In this document: in pieces, positions 30,384 to 39,807 of the stretch
Position numbering within the stretch: position 1 is the stretch's first letter
Layout of the letters: the number at the start of each line of letters is the position of its first letter
Assembly (NCBI GenBank): GCA_963693055.1
Contig: OY843751.1
Coordinates: 864,001-928,000 of the forward strand
Direction: 5' to 3'
Length of the DNA stretch: 64,000 nt
Source: a bacterium
GTDB taxonomy: Bacteria > Zhuqueibacterota > Zhuqueibacteria > Residuimicrobiales > Krinioviventaceae
Translations under genes and position numbers: made by a program
The notes under the pieces: generated by a model
The model's database searches: none
What the model was told of the DNA's origin: nothing
Seen by the model: the letters and a program-made list of their open reading frames with translations, nothing else

Positions 30384-31782
30384 GAAATTGAAAGAAAAGA
30401 TTTTAATAGTAGATGATGAGCCAACAGCCCGCTATGGAATACGCAAGGCCCTTGCAAAATTAGATTACGAGTTGAGTGAAGCTGGTAATGGCAAAGAAGC
30501 TCTTGAGAGCATTAAAGAAAATCTGCCGGATGTAGTTCTGAGTGATATATACATGCCGGAAATGGATGGCCTTGAGCTATTGAAAACGGTACAAAAACTA
30601 GAGTTTGAAGAAGGCAAAAGACCGTTAATTATCATGTTAACCGCTTTTGGCTCTGAAAAGCTCGCAGTAGAAGCTATGAAATCCGGGGCATATAATTATC
30701 TATCCAAACCATTTAATATTGACGAGTTGCGCTTGACTATTGAAAAAGCTCTCGAGAAAATCAGTTTGGGAAGAGAAAATGTATTATTAAAAAGACAACT
30801 GGGTCAGCACAAGAAAACTGCAATTGTAGGCCAAAGTCCGCAAATTTCAAATATCATTAAACTTGTAGATAAAGTTGCACCAACGGATGTAACCGTGTTG
30901 TTGACAGGAGAGAGTGGAACTGGTAAAGAGCTTGCAGCCCAAACCATACATAATACCAGCCTTAGACATGACGGTCCCTTTGTTACCATGAATTGTGCCG
31001 CTATTCCCAAAGATCTGGTGGAAAGTGAATTGTTTGGTCATGAAAAAGGTGCGTTTACAGGTGCTTCAAATCAACGTGAAGGTAAATTTGAGATTGCCAA
31101 TAATGGAACATTGTTTCTGGATGAAGTTGCGGATATGAGTCTGGAAACTCAGGCTAAAATATTACGTATTCTTGAGGAAAAATCTTTTTCCAGATTAGGC
31201 GGGAAAAAGATCATCCATACGGATGTGAGGCTCATTAGCGCAACCAATAAGGATTTGCAAACGGAGATAGCAGCTGGTCGGTTTCGGGAAGATCTTTTTT
31301 ACCGGATCAAAGTAGTCGAGATTCAATTACCTCCTTTGATTCAAAGAACTGGGGATATTGCATTGCTTGCTGATCATTTTGTGAAATTGTATGCGGTTAA
31401 ACATACTAAAGATGTTTCTGTAATTGATACAAAAACCATGCAGATGTTGTTAAAGTACAATTGGCCGGGAAATGTCAGGCAGTTAATGCATGTAATTGAG
31501 CAAAGTGTTGTTCTCTCTGAAGGTAAAGTTCTACTGCCAGATGTTTTGCCTCCTGAACTTTTGGCTGATAATACTTCAGGTAGCTTGACACTAACAGGAG
31601 ATGAGTCTTTTGCTGAAGCCAAAGAACGTTTTGTTCAGCAATTTGAAAAAGATATCATTCAAAAAGCATTGGTTAAAAGCAATGGGAATGTAAGTCAGGC
31701 GGCAAGAGAATTGAAAATGAAACGGCAGTTTTTACAACAAAAGATGAAAAGTCTCGATTTGAACGTACAGGATTATAAATAA
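30376..31782 (+). CDS. Sigma-54-dependent response regulator (REC-AAA-HTH, NtrC/PrsR-like)
   Basis: ILIVDDE receiver, GESGTGKE, ELFGHEKGAFTGA, WPGNVR and Fis-type HTH; ATG at 30376 overlaps the kinase stop. Confidence 0.95.
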   Translation: MDEKLKEKILIVDDEPTARYGIRKALAKLDYELSEAGNGKEALESIKENLPDVVLSDIYMPEMDGLELLKTVQKLEFEEGKRPLIIMLTAFGSEKLAVEAMKSGAYNYLSKPFNIDELRLTIEKALEKISLGRENVLLKRQLGQHKKTAIVGQSPQISNIIKLVDKVAPTDVTVLLTGESGTGKELAAQTIHNTSLRHDGPFVTMNCAAIPKDLVESELFGHEKGAFTGASNQREGKFEIANNGTLFLDEVADMSLETQAKILRILEEKSFSRLGGKKIIHTDVRLISATNKDLQTEIAAGRFREDLFYRIKVVEIQLPPLIQRTGDIALLADHFVKLYAVKHTKDVSVIDTKTMQMLLKYNWPGNVRQLMHVIEQSVVLSEGKVLLPDVLPPELLADNTSGSLTLTGDESFAEAKERFVQQFEKDIIQKALVKSNGNVSQAARELKMKRQFLQQKMKSLDLNVQDYK

Positions 31783-31810
31783 AAAAAACCCGCTTATTAG
31801 CGGGTTTTTT
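31781..31810. terminator. Bidirectional rho-independent terminator
   Basis: A8-CCCGCT-TATT-AGCGGG-T6 between convergent genes. Confidence 0.85.
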
Positions 31811-31818
31811 ATTATATA

Positions 31819-33201
31819 CTAATTAACCCTGTTGAAAACAAAGGGCAAGTTAACTGTAATTGAACCTTCTTTGATGGGTGGGAACTTTAGTCGTCTTACA
31901 ATATTCATCAACTCTCTTACAAAATCCTGGTTGTCAATTGTTGATTCAAGAATCTGAATATTGGATACACTACCATTGGCTTCAATAGTTACATCAAAAC
32001 TCACTTTACCTCTCAAATCAGGATTTGTGCGCAGGTACTTGTTATAAGTATACATAACACGACCCTGTTGTGAGTTAATGATTGACATAACAGATTCGGA
32101 TGTTCTTTGAGCTCTTGCCTCCTGAGATCCTCTCATACGTTGGGGTTGCTGAATGTTGACTTTGCCTTGTTTTTTCAAGTCAACAGTTTCAACGCCTTCT
32201 ACTTCAGAGAGCAGGTCATCAACACCGCCTGAAAGTCCAAAAGCCATTAGTTCATCAATTCCGTCACCGTCACCGGTGCCACCGCCATCTCCGGTACCAT
32301 TGCCTTTACCAATTTTGTTGCTCTTGGTCAAAGGTTTACTTCCAATAAGCTGGTCAAGTTCCTGAACAAAACCTTGCTCTATTAGAAAGTCAGCCGCAGA
32401 ACTAGAACTGCCAGAACTACCGGTACCCCCAATAAGTCCCAAAAGACCTTGAGCGTTAACCGGTTTAGGAGCGGGTTTGTCTGAACCGCCACTGCCACCT
32501 GGTTTGGGTTGTTCCTGTTGTTGTTCCTGTTCCTGCGTTGTTTCTTCTTCAGCTTCACCTTCTCCTGAACTTGTTGTAGCTACCATTTCGGTTTCAGGTG
32601 GTTGAGTTGGTTTCTTGATCATGAATCTTGCAAATCGTTCCGGAACCTTGGTTACATCGGGTGGTTCCTCTGGTGGAAGTTCATATCCTTTAAGTGAAAA
32701 ACCAATTATAATTTCAATACTGAAAAGGATAAGGAACAAAGATTTATATAATAAATCTTTGGTAAAAGTTTTGCCAATCGCCTTGTTCCAGGTGTAAAGA
32801 GGAAGCCCTTTCAGGGTTTCCGGCTGGTGGCCATCATAATTAAAAAAGATATCTGTATCTGATATTCTGAGAGAACCTGATCTGCCGTGTGTGAATTCTA
32901 AATTATAAAAATTACCTTTTTGAGGTAAAAGGTTGTGTACAAACAGATCATTAAAAGTAACTTTGGAACCTTTAAATTCAATTTCACCAGTCATTGTAGG
33001 TGAAATTTTCATGCTACAGGTGTTTTTTTTACATTCAATCAGAACATGCTTTTTGGGATAGGCATCGTCATATACTATGATATCATTATCCGGACTTCGA
33101 CCTATGGTAAGCTTGTCATTTGGCCCAAAATAACGCTGAGTAACGCGACCACCCTGAACAATTTTGGCTTCTAATATAGAACTATTTCGTTTTATTGTCA
33201 T
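31819..33201 (-). CDS. GltG/AgmX-PglI-like protein: FHA-like N-terminus, TM helix, Gly-rich linker, TonB-C-like domain
   Basis: LTIGRSPDND (FHA-like), single TM, PERFARF, GLLGLIG and YNKYLRTNPDLRGKV...LKFP...NLPFVF. Confidence 0.8.
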   Translation of the reverse strand: MTIKRNSSILEAKIVQGGRVTQRYFGPNDKLTIGRSPDNDIIVYDDAYPKKHVLIECKKNTCSMKISPTMTGEIEFKGSKVTFNDLFVHNLLPQKGNFYNLEFTHGRSGSLRISDTDIFFNYDGHQPETLKGLPLYTWNKAIGKTFTKDLLYKSLFLILFSIEIIIGFSLKGYELPPEEPPDVTKVPERFARFMIKKPTQPPETEMVATTSSGEGEAEEETTQEQEQQQEQPKPGGSGGSDKPAPKPVNAQGLLGLIGGTGSSGSSSSAADFLIEQGFVQELDQLIGSKPLTKSNKIGKGNGTGDGGGTGDGDGIDELMAFGLSGGVDDLLSEVEGVETVDLKKQGKVNIQQPQRMRGSQEARAQRTSESVMSIINSQQGRVMYTYNKYLRTNPDLRGKVSFDVTIEANGSVSNIQILESTIDNQDFVRELMNIVRRLKFPPIKEGSITVNLPFVFNRVN

Positions 33202-33249
33202 GTATAATATCTATTTTATTTATATCGGGTTTCAACGAATTTGGGTTTA

Positions 33250-33762
33250 CTATTCTATTTGGTTCACTGCAAGCAGCATATTGTTGTAACCAACACTACC
33301 GCAAGTCAACATGATACGTTTGACCAGTTCAAATGTAAGATCACGGTCGCCCTGGATCGTAATATTACCAGTAAAACCGCCCTGGTCTGAAATTGAACCT
33401 ATACCTTCAGAAATTGTACGAAGTTTGGTCAATTCATCTTTTAAGGGATTGATGACGAGTAATTCATCATTTATAATGTTTTCAAGTTTTTCTATTGGAC
33501 GTCCATCAACCAGTATCCATTCCTGAGTAATTGCTATAACGGATGTGACTTTGGGTTGCATTTGTGATGTAGATTCAGGCAATTTCAGATCTTTGGTAAC
33601 AGTCATGATCTGACCTTCTGCACTGTAGCTCTTTAATAAAAACACCAATAGAATGGTAAACATGTCTATCATTGAAGTCAATTTCAAATTGAATGTACCA
33701 CGCTTGGTCCGTTTTGTACCGGTTGCAAGCAATGGTATTGTTTCATGTTCTTCTATCTTCAT
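33250..33762 (-). CDS. ExbD/TolR family protein (AglS-like)
   Basis: LTSMIDMFTILLVFLLKSY TM with conserved Asp; LKLPES; IQGDR. Confidence 0.88.
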   Translation of the reverse strand: MKIEEHETIPLLATGTKRTKRGTFNLKLTSMIDMFTILLVFLLKSYSAEGQIMTVTKDLKLPESTSQMQPKVTSVIAITQEWILVDGRPIEKLENIINDELLVINPLKDELTKLRTISEGIGSISDQGGFTGNITIQGDRDLTFELVKRIMLTCGSVGYNNMLLAVNQIE

Positions 33763-33778
33763 GGTATTATTCTCTTTC

Positions 33779-34246
33779 TTAGCCGGAAATAGAAATATTG
33801 GGAAAACCGGATTCCCTGCATCTGTCCATCACCTGAATAATTATGTGATACAGGATTGCGTCTTCTGGTGAGATTAATATATCTTCAGAATCCGGATATT
33901 TTTCTTTAATTGTGTTCAACTGGGTGGTTAATCCCTGCCAGTTGAAATCATTATTGCTTTTTTCTAATTTATCAAGTTTAAGATCAGGACTATTGAGCTC
34001 AAAACCGGTTTCACTGATCTTTAATATATTTAAAACCGTACTTTTGGGTTTCTCTGCCGTTGCAGTCTGGCCGGGTTTATCTAAACTCGGTAAAGACAAT
34101 TCCATAACGGCAATACGAACAAATACTGCCGTTAACAACATGAACGGAATCAGTATCAAAAAGATGTTCATTACAGCCGTCAGGTTTAATTCTGTTTCTT
34201 CAGCATGACCTTTAAGACGACTGCCCATGGATTGTTTTAAATTCAT
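33779..34246 (-). CDS. ExbD/TolR family protein (AglQ-like, TM Asp replaced by Asn)
   Basis: ELNLTAVMNIFLILIPFMLLTAVF; IKEKYP; IIQVMD. Confidence 0.85.
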   Translation of the reverse strand: MNLKQSMGSRLKGHAEETELNLTAVMNIFLILIPFMLLTAVFVRIAVMELSLPSLDKPGQTATAEKPKSTVLNILKISETGFELNSPDLKLDKLEKSNNDFNWQGLTTQLNTIKEKYPDSEDILISPEDAILYHIIIQVMDRCRESGFPNISISG

Positions 34247-34249
34247 ATA

Positions 34250-34870
34250 TTATTTCTCCGCTGTCATGAACCTGAACAAACGGGCGACATTTTCATTAAT
34301 TTCATCAATTAATTCATTGGTTTTTTCTTGAAGATAGGTAAAACCAATCAAACAGGGGATAGCTGAGATGATACCAAATGCTGTGGTATTCATCGCGATA
34401 GCAATACCAGAAGTAAGCAATGCTGCTTTGTCAGCTGCGTCAGCGTGAGCAACCGCGGCAAACGCACTGATCAATCCAAAAATTGTTCCCAACAAACCTA
34501 GCAGTGTAGATACGTTTGCAATCATTGCCAAATAGTGGGTACGTTTTTCTAATTTAGGTATTTCTACCATTGCCGCAAGTTCCATAGCATTTTGAATGCT
34601 TTTTGGCGAGTTGTTAATTTCATTTAAACCTGCTTTTGCAATGTTTGGAAGTGCTGCGTTAGAGATGTTGCAATATTCTATAGCCCGGTTAACATTACCG
34701 CTTTTAATTAGTTCTGCAATTTTATTTACAAACAATTCTGAATCAATACGATTTTTGAATTGTATAAAAATTACACGTTCAATAATGGTAACCAGCCCGA
34801 GAAGCAGCGCGAACAAGATTACAAACATAACCGGTCCACCACCCATAAAAAATCTAATAATACTGTCCAA
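34250..34870 (-). CDS. MotA/TolQ/ExbB proton channel (AglR-like)
   Basis: NVSTLLGLLGTIFGLI and GIAIAMNTTAFG; AGGAGG before TTG start. Confidence 0.92.
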   Translation of the reverse strand: MDSIIRFFMGGGPVMFVILFALLLGLVTIIERVIFIQFKNRIDSELFVNKIAELIKSGNVNRAIEYCNISNAALPNIAKAGLNEINNSPKSIQNAMELAAMVEIPKLEKRTHYLAMIANVSTLLGLLGTIFGLISAFAAVAHADAADKAALLTSGIAIAMNTTAFGIISAIPCLIGFTYLQEKTNELIDEINENVARLFRFMTAEK

Positions 34871-34954
34871 GGAAACCTCCTTAATGTTATTTAGAAGCGC
34901 GAAAAATTATCTTGAGAAATATAAAAAAAAAGGAAAATAATTTCAACTTTTTTA

Positions 34955-35356
34955 CTACCAGGGAATATAATCTTTTCTATCAACTGTAGGATCTGTAGTG
35001 ATCTTTGTTTGTATACGCCCCCTTTTTTCTACCGTTCGAAAGATTTCTTTAAAAAATGAATGTTCTATTTGAATATCGTCAATATCAGGAGTGGAGCCAG
35101 GTAAAATAAACATGGCTTGTGGTTTTTCCAATTGACCAACGACTTCAATTTTGTCTATAAAAAGTTTTACATCTGAATCATCTAGTGTGGGGGCACTATC
35201 ATTTATTAAATTTTGTGCATTTTGTGCCTGTAATGTAGAATCATTTGAAAATTCCTGCAATAGTAACTCGTTGGAATTTTGTGCGAATAACAATACGGGA
35301 AGTGTTATTGATGCAATTACAATATTGTATTTGATAAATGATTTAATATTCTTCAT
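34955..35356 (-). CDS. Small secreted protein, GltF/CglF-like
   Basis: Signal peptide + IEVVGQLEKPQAMFIL...SFFKEI motif; position immediately upstream of the exbB-like gene. Confidence 0.6.
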   Translation of the reverse strand: MKNIKSFIKYNIVIASITLPVLLFAQNSNELLLQEFSNDSTLQAQNAQNLINDSAPTLDDSDVKLFIDKIEVVGQLEKPQAMFILPGSTPDIDDIQIEHSFFKEIFRTVEKRGRIQTKITTDPTVDRKDYIPW

Positions 35357-35358
35357 GG

Positions 35359-38283
35359 TTAACCTGCTGTTTCCTGTGCTACACTTAATTCTTTATTAGG
35401 TTCGGCTTGAACTTTTTGAGAATCGGCGCTCTGTGTTAAAGATTCAATTCTTTTTTTACTTTCCGTAACCCAAATATTATCAATACTATTTGCCTCAGCT
35501 TGTTCAATATTTCTTTTGTATGTTTCTAATGCCTGGGTTTTGTAAGGCTCTGCTTTTTCCCGAAGCATGTCTGCATACATTGTTAGCTGTTCCTCTGTCA
35601 ATTCATCAGGAGGTGGCGACTCTACAAATGCTCTAAAAAACTCTTCAAAAGCCATGCCAATTTTATGAGTAGATGCTGTACTCCAGTCAGCCACCTGATA
35701 TTCTAGTGCGCTCTTGTAAGCACCCAAAACTTTTTGAAGGTTTTTGACTTTTAACTGTAAATTGGTTTTAAGTGGTGGAACCAGTTCAATTTTTTGAAAC
35801 GGTGTATAATAAATTTCACCAATCATAAATTGAGCTTGTGCAGCAAAATAATTGTCTGCAAATTCACCACTGTTTGATATGGTTTGATAATTTTCAATTG
35901 TTTTTTTAAAATATTCTTCTGCTGCTGTAAAATCTTTGACCTTGTAATTCATGTCGCCAATCTTATACAAACATTCAAGCAACTCATCACCTGGTTCAGG
36001 ATATGTAGTTATATACCGCTCATAATACGATCTTGCGGAATACCAATCTTCAAGTGTTTCATAATTATAAGCTGCATTTCTAATGGCATTTTTGTGATAT
36101 TCAGAGTCAGAATAATTATCTGCCAGCAGGATATAATCATTTGCTGCAAGTGTCCAGTTTTGTGTGCTTTCACGAATGCCTGCGGCTTTGTAAAGTGCTT
36201 CATCAGCCATTTCAGATTCCGGGAACAATTTAAAGAATTGTTCCAGAGCCAGAGCTGCTTTATCCGGTTGTTCACCTTGCTGGAATTGGATAGCAGATTC
36301 GAATAGTGCTCTTTCTCTAAATTCCGGGTTTGATGAAGTAGTTACTATTGATGCCAGCAGATTAGCAGCTTCAAGAGGTTTACCTTCCTGATTCAATGCT
36401 TCGGCAATTTTAAAATTTGACGAAGAAGCCATCATTTCCGCTTTTTGTAAATAACGTGTAGAATCTGGAAAGGATTGTACAATATTATCGAACCAAATTT
36501 CTGCTTCATGATAGAGTTCAGCATCATAGTAACATTGTCCTGCATTCATTGCAGAGAGCAGTCTGTATGGCCTCTTGTCACCCAATTCAATAACTTTTTT
36601 ATAAATTTCTATGGCGGGTAGATAATATTTCAAAGAGTGCATGATCTCGCCATATTTCATATACACCTGATCCAGTAAATTACTTTCAGGGAACATGAGA
36701 ACAAAATCATTACTCGAAATTAACAGATTTTTCTCTACACCTGTATTGGTGTTAAATGTCAATGTGTCAGGTGAATTCAAAAAGTTGGCTATATCAACTG
36801 ATCCACCGGCAGTTGTAGAGTCGGTAAGTAATTGATAATAACTTAAAATTCTATTATAAGCGGCTTGTTCCTTGTATTCTGTTTTCGATAAAGAATCCCG
36901 CTTTACTACGCTGTAATAAGATTCAGCGGCATTATAATAATCGTTAATTTCGTAATAGCATTCAGCAAGATAATAGTTGATCTTGACAGCATCATCTGCT
37001 GTGGAAAATTTTTCAAGGTATTCTTTGTATTTATCAATCGCGGTTTGAAAGCTGTTAATATCAGCAGATTGCTGAGCTTCCGCCTGGTAAAATGTACCTA
37101 AATAAACCAAAGATTTTTTTGTTATATCAAGACCAGTGTTTTGTACGGTATCGGCCTGATTTGTTTGCCATTCACTACCCGGCCCAAGATACGTTACCAG
37201 CTTCTCTCGGGTTTTGTTGGCACCTTCAATATCCTCATCCAGTTCATAACTTTCGATAATTTTTTGATATATGTTTGGTGCGTCACTATAGTAGGGATAA
37301 ATATCAAGCAGAACGTTCAAGATCGCAATGGATTCTGCATAATAGTTACGTTCGTGGTACAAGTCATAGATTTTTAAAAGAATAGGGAGTGTATAATCTT
37401 TATCTTTGTGATTGATCAGAAAATTATGTGCAGCAGAGGGGCCGCCAAACTCGGTAAAGCAGCTTGAAATATAATATATAGCTTCTGTTCTAAGGTCTGC
37501 CTTACTTTTGGTAAATACCTGGGTTTTTGCTTTATCAATAAGTGAAATATCTTCAATGAGGTAGAGGAATGTGCTGATGGCATCGGAATAGTTGTTTAAA
37601 TTATAATAAGACCAACCCAGTTTATAAAGGCTCATATCAAAATAAGGATTGCTCCACTCATCCAGCAGTTCTTTGTAATGGGATATAGCGGTTTTGTAAT
37701 CTCTTTGAGAAAAATAGTATTCACCAATTCTAAAGTGTGCTTCAAAGGAAATGGGAGATTCCGGATGATTGGCTATAATGCTTTCAAAATAATCTTTAGC
37801 CCGAAGTTTATCTCCCTGCTGAAAATAGGAAATTCCCAGCTTGTATAAAATTTTATCTTTAAACTTGGAAGCAGGGAACTCTGTTAAAAGCCGGTTACAG
37901 TACTCTATGGTTTTATTCATGTCCAACTGGGGCAATGAGGGCTCGGTAGCAAGTTCACCATTGTCAAACCTTCCCAGATCAGTTTCGTATTGCTGCATTT
38001 GAAGCTGATAATTGATCTGAGATCTTTGTGTGTACAATTCCGCAAGCTGAAACATGATGGTTGATGCAAACGGACCCTGTGGGTATTTCTTTAGCAAGGT
38101 CTCGTGCTCAGAAATGATAGCATCCAATTTGCCTATATCTTCACCCGTATCCTCGATGATGGCATTTACATAGGCGCTTTCCTGGGCAATAACATTGATT
38201 GACACCCCAAGAACGAGCAAACCCACTATGAATGCAACTAGATAGTTTTTATATAAATTTGAAATTTTCATAATTTTTAACAT
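35359..38283 (-). CDS. Large periplasmic TPR protein, GltD/AgmU-like
   Basis: Signal peptide, many TPRs (EAHFRIGEYYF, LYKLGWSYY) and C-terminal PLKTNL..K..AY..A..Y.VADWSTASTHKIG..PDELTEEQ..Y...L.EKAEP. Confidence 0.8.
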   Translation of the reverse strand: MLKIMKISNLYKNYLVAFIVGLLVLGVSINVIAQESAYVNAIIEDTGEDIGKLDAIISEHETLLKKYPQGPFASTIMFQLAELYTQRSQINYQLQMQQYETDLGRFDNGELATEPSLPQLDMNKTIEYCNRLLTEFPASKFKDKILYKLGISYFQQGDKLRAKDYFESIIANHPESPISFEAHFRIGEYYFSQRDYKTAISHYKELLDEWSNPYFDMSLYKLGWSYYNLNNYSDAISTFLYLIEDISLIDKAKTQVFTKSKADLRTEAIYYISSCFTEFGGPSAAHNFLINHKDKDYTLPILLKIYDLYHERNYYAESIAILNVLLDIYPYYSDAPNIYQKIIESYELDEDIEGANKTREKLVTYLGPGSEWQTNQADTVQNTGLDITKKSLVYLGTFYQAEAQQSADINSFQTAIDKYKEYLEKFSTADDAVKINYYLAECYYEINDYYNAAESYYSVVKRDSLSKTEYKEQAAYNRILSYYQLLTDSTTAGGSVDIANFLNSPDTLTFNTNTGVEKNLLISSNDFVLMFPESNLLDQVYMKYGEIMHSLKYYLPAIEIYKKVIELGDKRPYRLLSAMNAGQCYYDAELYHEAEIWFDNIVQSFPDSTRYLQKAEMMASSSNFKIAEALNQEGKPLEAANLLASIVTTSSNPEFRERALFESAIQFQQGEQPDKAALALEQFFKLFPESEMADEALYKAAGIRESTQNWTLAANDYILLADNYSDSEYHKNAIRNAAYNYETLEDWYSARSYYERYITTYPEPGDELLECLYKIGDMNYKVKDFTAAEEYFKKTIENYQTISNSGEFADNYFAAQAQFMIGEIYYTPFQKIELVPPLKTNLQLKVKNLQKVLGAYKSALEYQVADWSTASTHKIGMAFEEFFRAFVESPPPDELTEEQLTMYADMLREKAEPYKTQALETYKRNIEQAEANSIDNIWVTESKKRIESLTQSADSQKVQAEPNKELSVAQETAG

Positions 38284-38294
38284 TATTAATGATA

Positions 38295-39743
38295 CTAGTT
38301 ATGTATTTCTGTGCGTTTCAAAAATAATGCCCTTGATTTACCATATTCGGCAAATGCTCTCCAATCCTGTCTTTCTTCTTTCACTTTGATCATTTTTTTC
38401 ATAGTGTCCATTTCAGCCAGCATACTTGAGAAATTCTGACGTTCTGTTTGAATTTGTTTCATCAATTCATTACGTGTCTGATTGATCTCGTGTTTTTCAA
38501 GCTGCAAATAATCTGGCGCTTCTGTATCAGGAGTTAACTGGATAAGGTTGAGCAATTTTGTTTCAAGCACCAGTAAATCCATTTTAATTGATTCCAGTCT
38601 TCTTTCCTGAATATGTATACTGGATTCAACTTCATTGACTATCATGGGTACAAGCTCACGTTTTGGCAAGCTGTTTACCAAATATTCGTACACTTTAAGG
38701 GCTTCATCATATAACCCTAATTTTAAATAACATCTTCCCAGCAAAAAGAAACCTTCCTGGGTATTTTCGTCTTCTTTCGGCATTGATACAAGATCCGTTA
38801 ATGGATCAACCGCAAGTTGATATTGTTTCATCTTGGTAGCAGCCCAACCCGCAGCTAATAGCGCACTTTTGTAATGGTTGTGTTTTGAGGAAACCGCTCT
38901 AAAATTTCCCAAAGCCCTCTGGTAATACCCCAATTCATAATAGATATAGCCAAGTGTTAGATAGGTTTCATCTACAATGTTCCTGAAATCATCATTCACA
39001 ATTGGTATACGAAGAATTGAATTGAGTGAATTAACGGCTTCGCGAACCTGGCGCAAGCGCAGGTACGAAAGTGCTGCTGTATATTGTGCATATGGAGAAT
39101 AGGGGTTACCTTTATCAATCTCGGTTAATATTTCAATAGCTTTGTCATAATCGAACAGGTTGTAATAAGAAAGACCTGCGTAATATCTTGAAGCATCAAG
39201 AATATCTCTTGAGGGATTACCTTTGGTAATGACTTTATAAAACTCGATACATTTTTCAAGATTGCCCTTGTCATACTCGATACGTTGTAAACCCAACAAT
39301 GCTCTGGGCAAATGAGGACTGGCAATATATTTTTTTACAAGGAATTTGAAAATCTTTTTCGATCCATCTAGCAACCCTATTTCAAATAAACAATCACCCA
39401 ATGTAAATACAACCTGATCGATCTTGGAATAGCTGGGATAAAAGTCCATAAGGATAATCAGATTTCGAGAGCTTTCCCAATAATCTCCATCCATGAATAA
39501 TTTTTCAGCCTCAAGATAAAGCTTTTCAGCCGCACGCTCAAGCTCTTCTTTTTCTGCTCTTTGCAGCCGGGCTTCTTTATCTTCAGTTTGAGAATATACA
39601 GCGGTTGGGAGAAACATTCCCCCAAGGATAATAGCTATTATTACTGCAATCCATATTATGGACTGTTTGGGTTTATCTAAAAGAGTCATTCGATTCTTGC
39701 TCAAGTTGTTTATTATATAAATATATGCCTGTTTTTGCAGCAT
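38295..39743 (-). CDS. TPR protein with C-terminal coiled coil (GltC-like position)
   Basis: Signal/TM segment, TPRs (YLTLGYIYY, ALLAAGWA); start may be 39689. Confidence 0.75.
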   Translation of the reverse strand: MLQKQAYIYIINNLSKNRMTLLDKPKQSIIWIAVIIAIILGGMFLPTAVYSQTEDKEARLQRAEKEELERAAEKLYLEAEKLFMDGDYWESSRNLIILMDFYPSYSKIDQVVFTLGDCLFEIGLLDGSKKIFKFLVKKYIASPHLPRALLGLQRIEYDKGNLEKCIEFYKVITKGNPSRDILDASRYYAGLSYYNLFDYDKAIEILTEIDKGNPYSPYAQYTAALSYLRLRQVREAVNSLNSILRIPIVNDDFRNIVDETYLTLGYIYYELGYYQRALGNFRAVSSKHNHYKSALLAAGWAATKMKQYQLAVDPLTDLVSMPKEDENTQEGFFLLGRCYLKLGLYDEALKVYEYLVNSLPKRELVPMIVNEVESSIHIQERRLESIKMDLLVLETKLLNLIQLTPDTEAPDYLQLEKHEINQTRNELMKQIQTERQNFSSMLAEMDTMKKMIKVKEERQDWRAFAEYGKSRALFLKRTEIHN

Positions 39744-39807
39744 TATTTAGAGTTATAATGTATGAATATACTCACATTAAACATTATATACGTAAATATT
39801 TTTTCAT

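Noticed and set aside
16944-31810. Similar CCCGCT/AGCGGG stems at 16952 and 31789 as a REP-like repeat family
   Set aside because: Only two short copies, both explained as intrinsic terminators.
32200-32600. Low-complexity Gly/Ser/Glu/Gln repeats (ccgtcaccg, tgttcctgt)
   Set aside because: They encode the flexible periplasmic linker of the GltG-like protein; not a DNA repeat element or CRISPR.
31819-34870. Ordinary TonB-ExbB-ExbD uptake or Tol-Pal operon
   Set aside because: No TonB-dependent receptor, tolB or pal adjacent; the TonB-C protein has an FHA-like N-terminus and the locus includes GltD/GltF-like genes.
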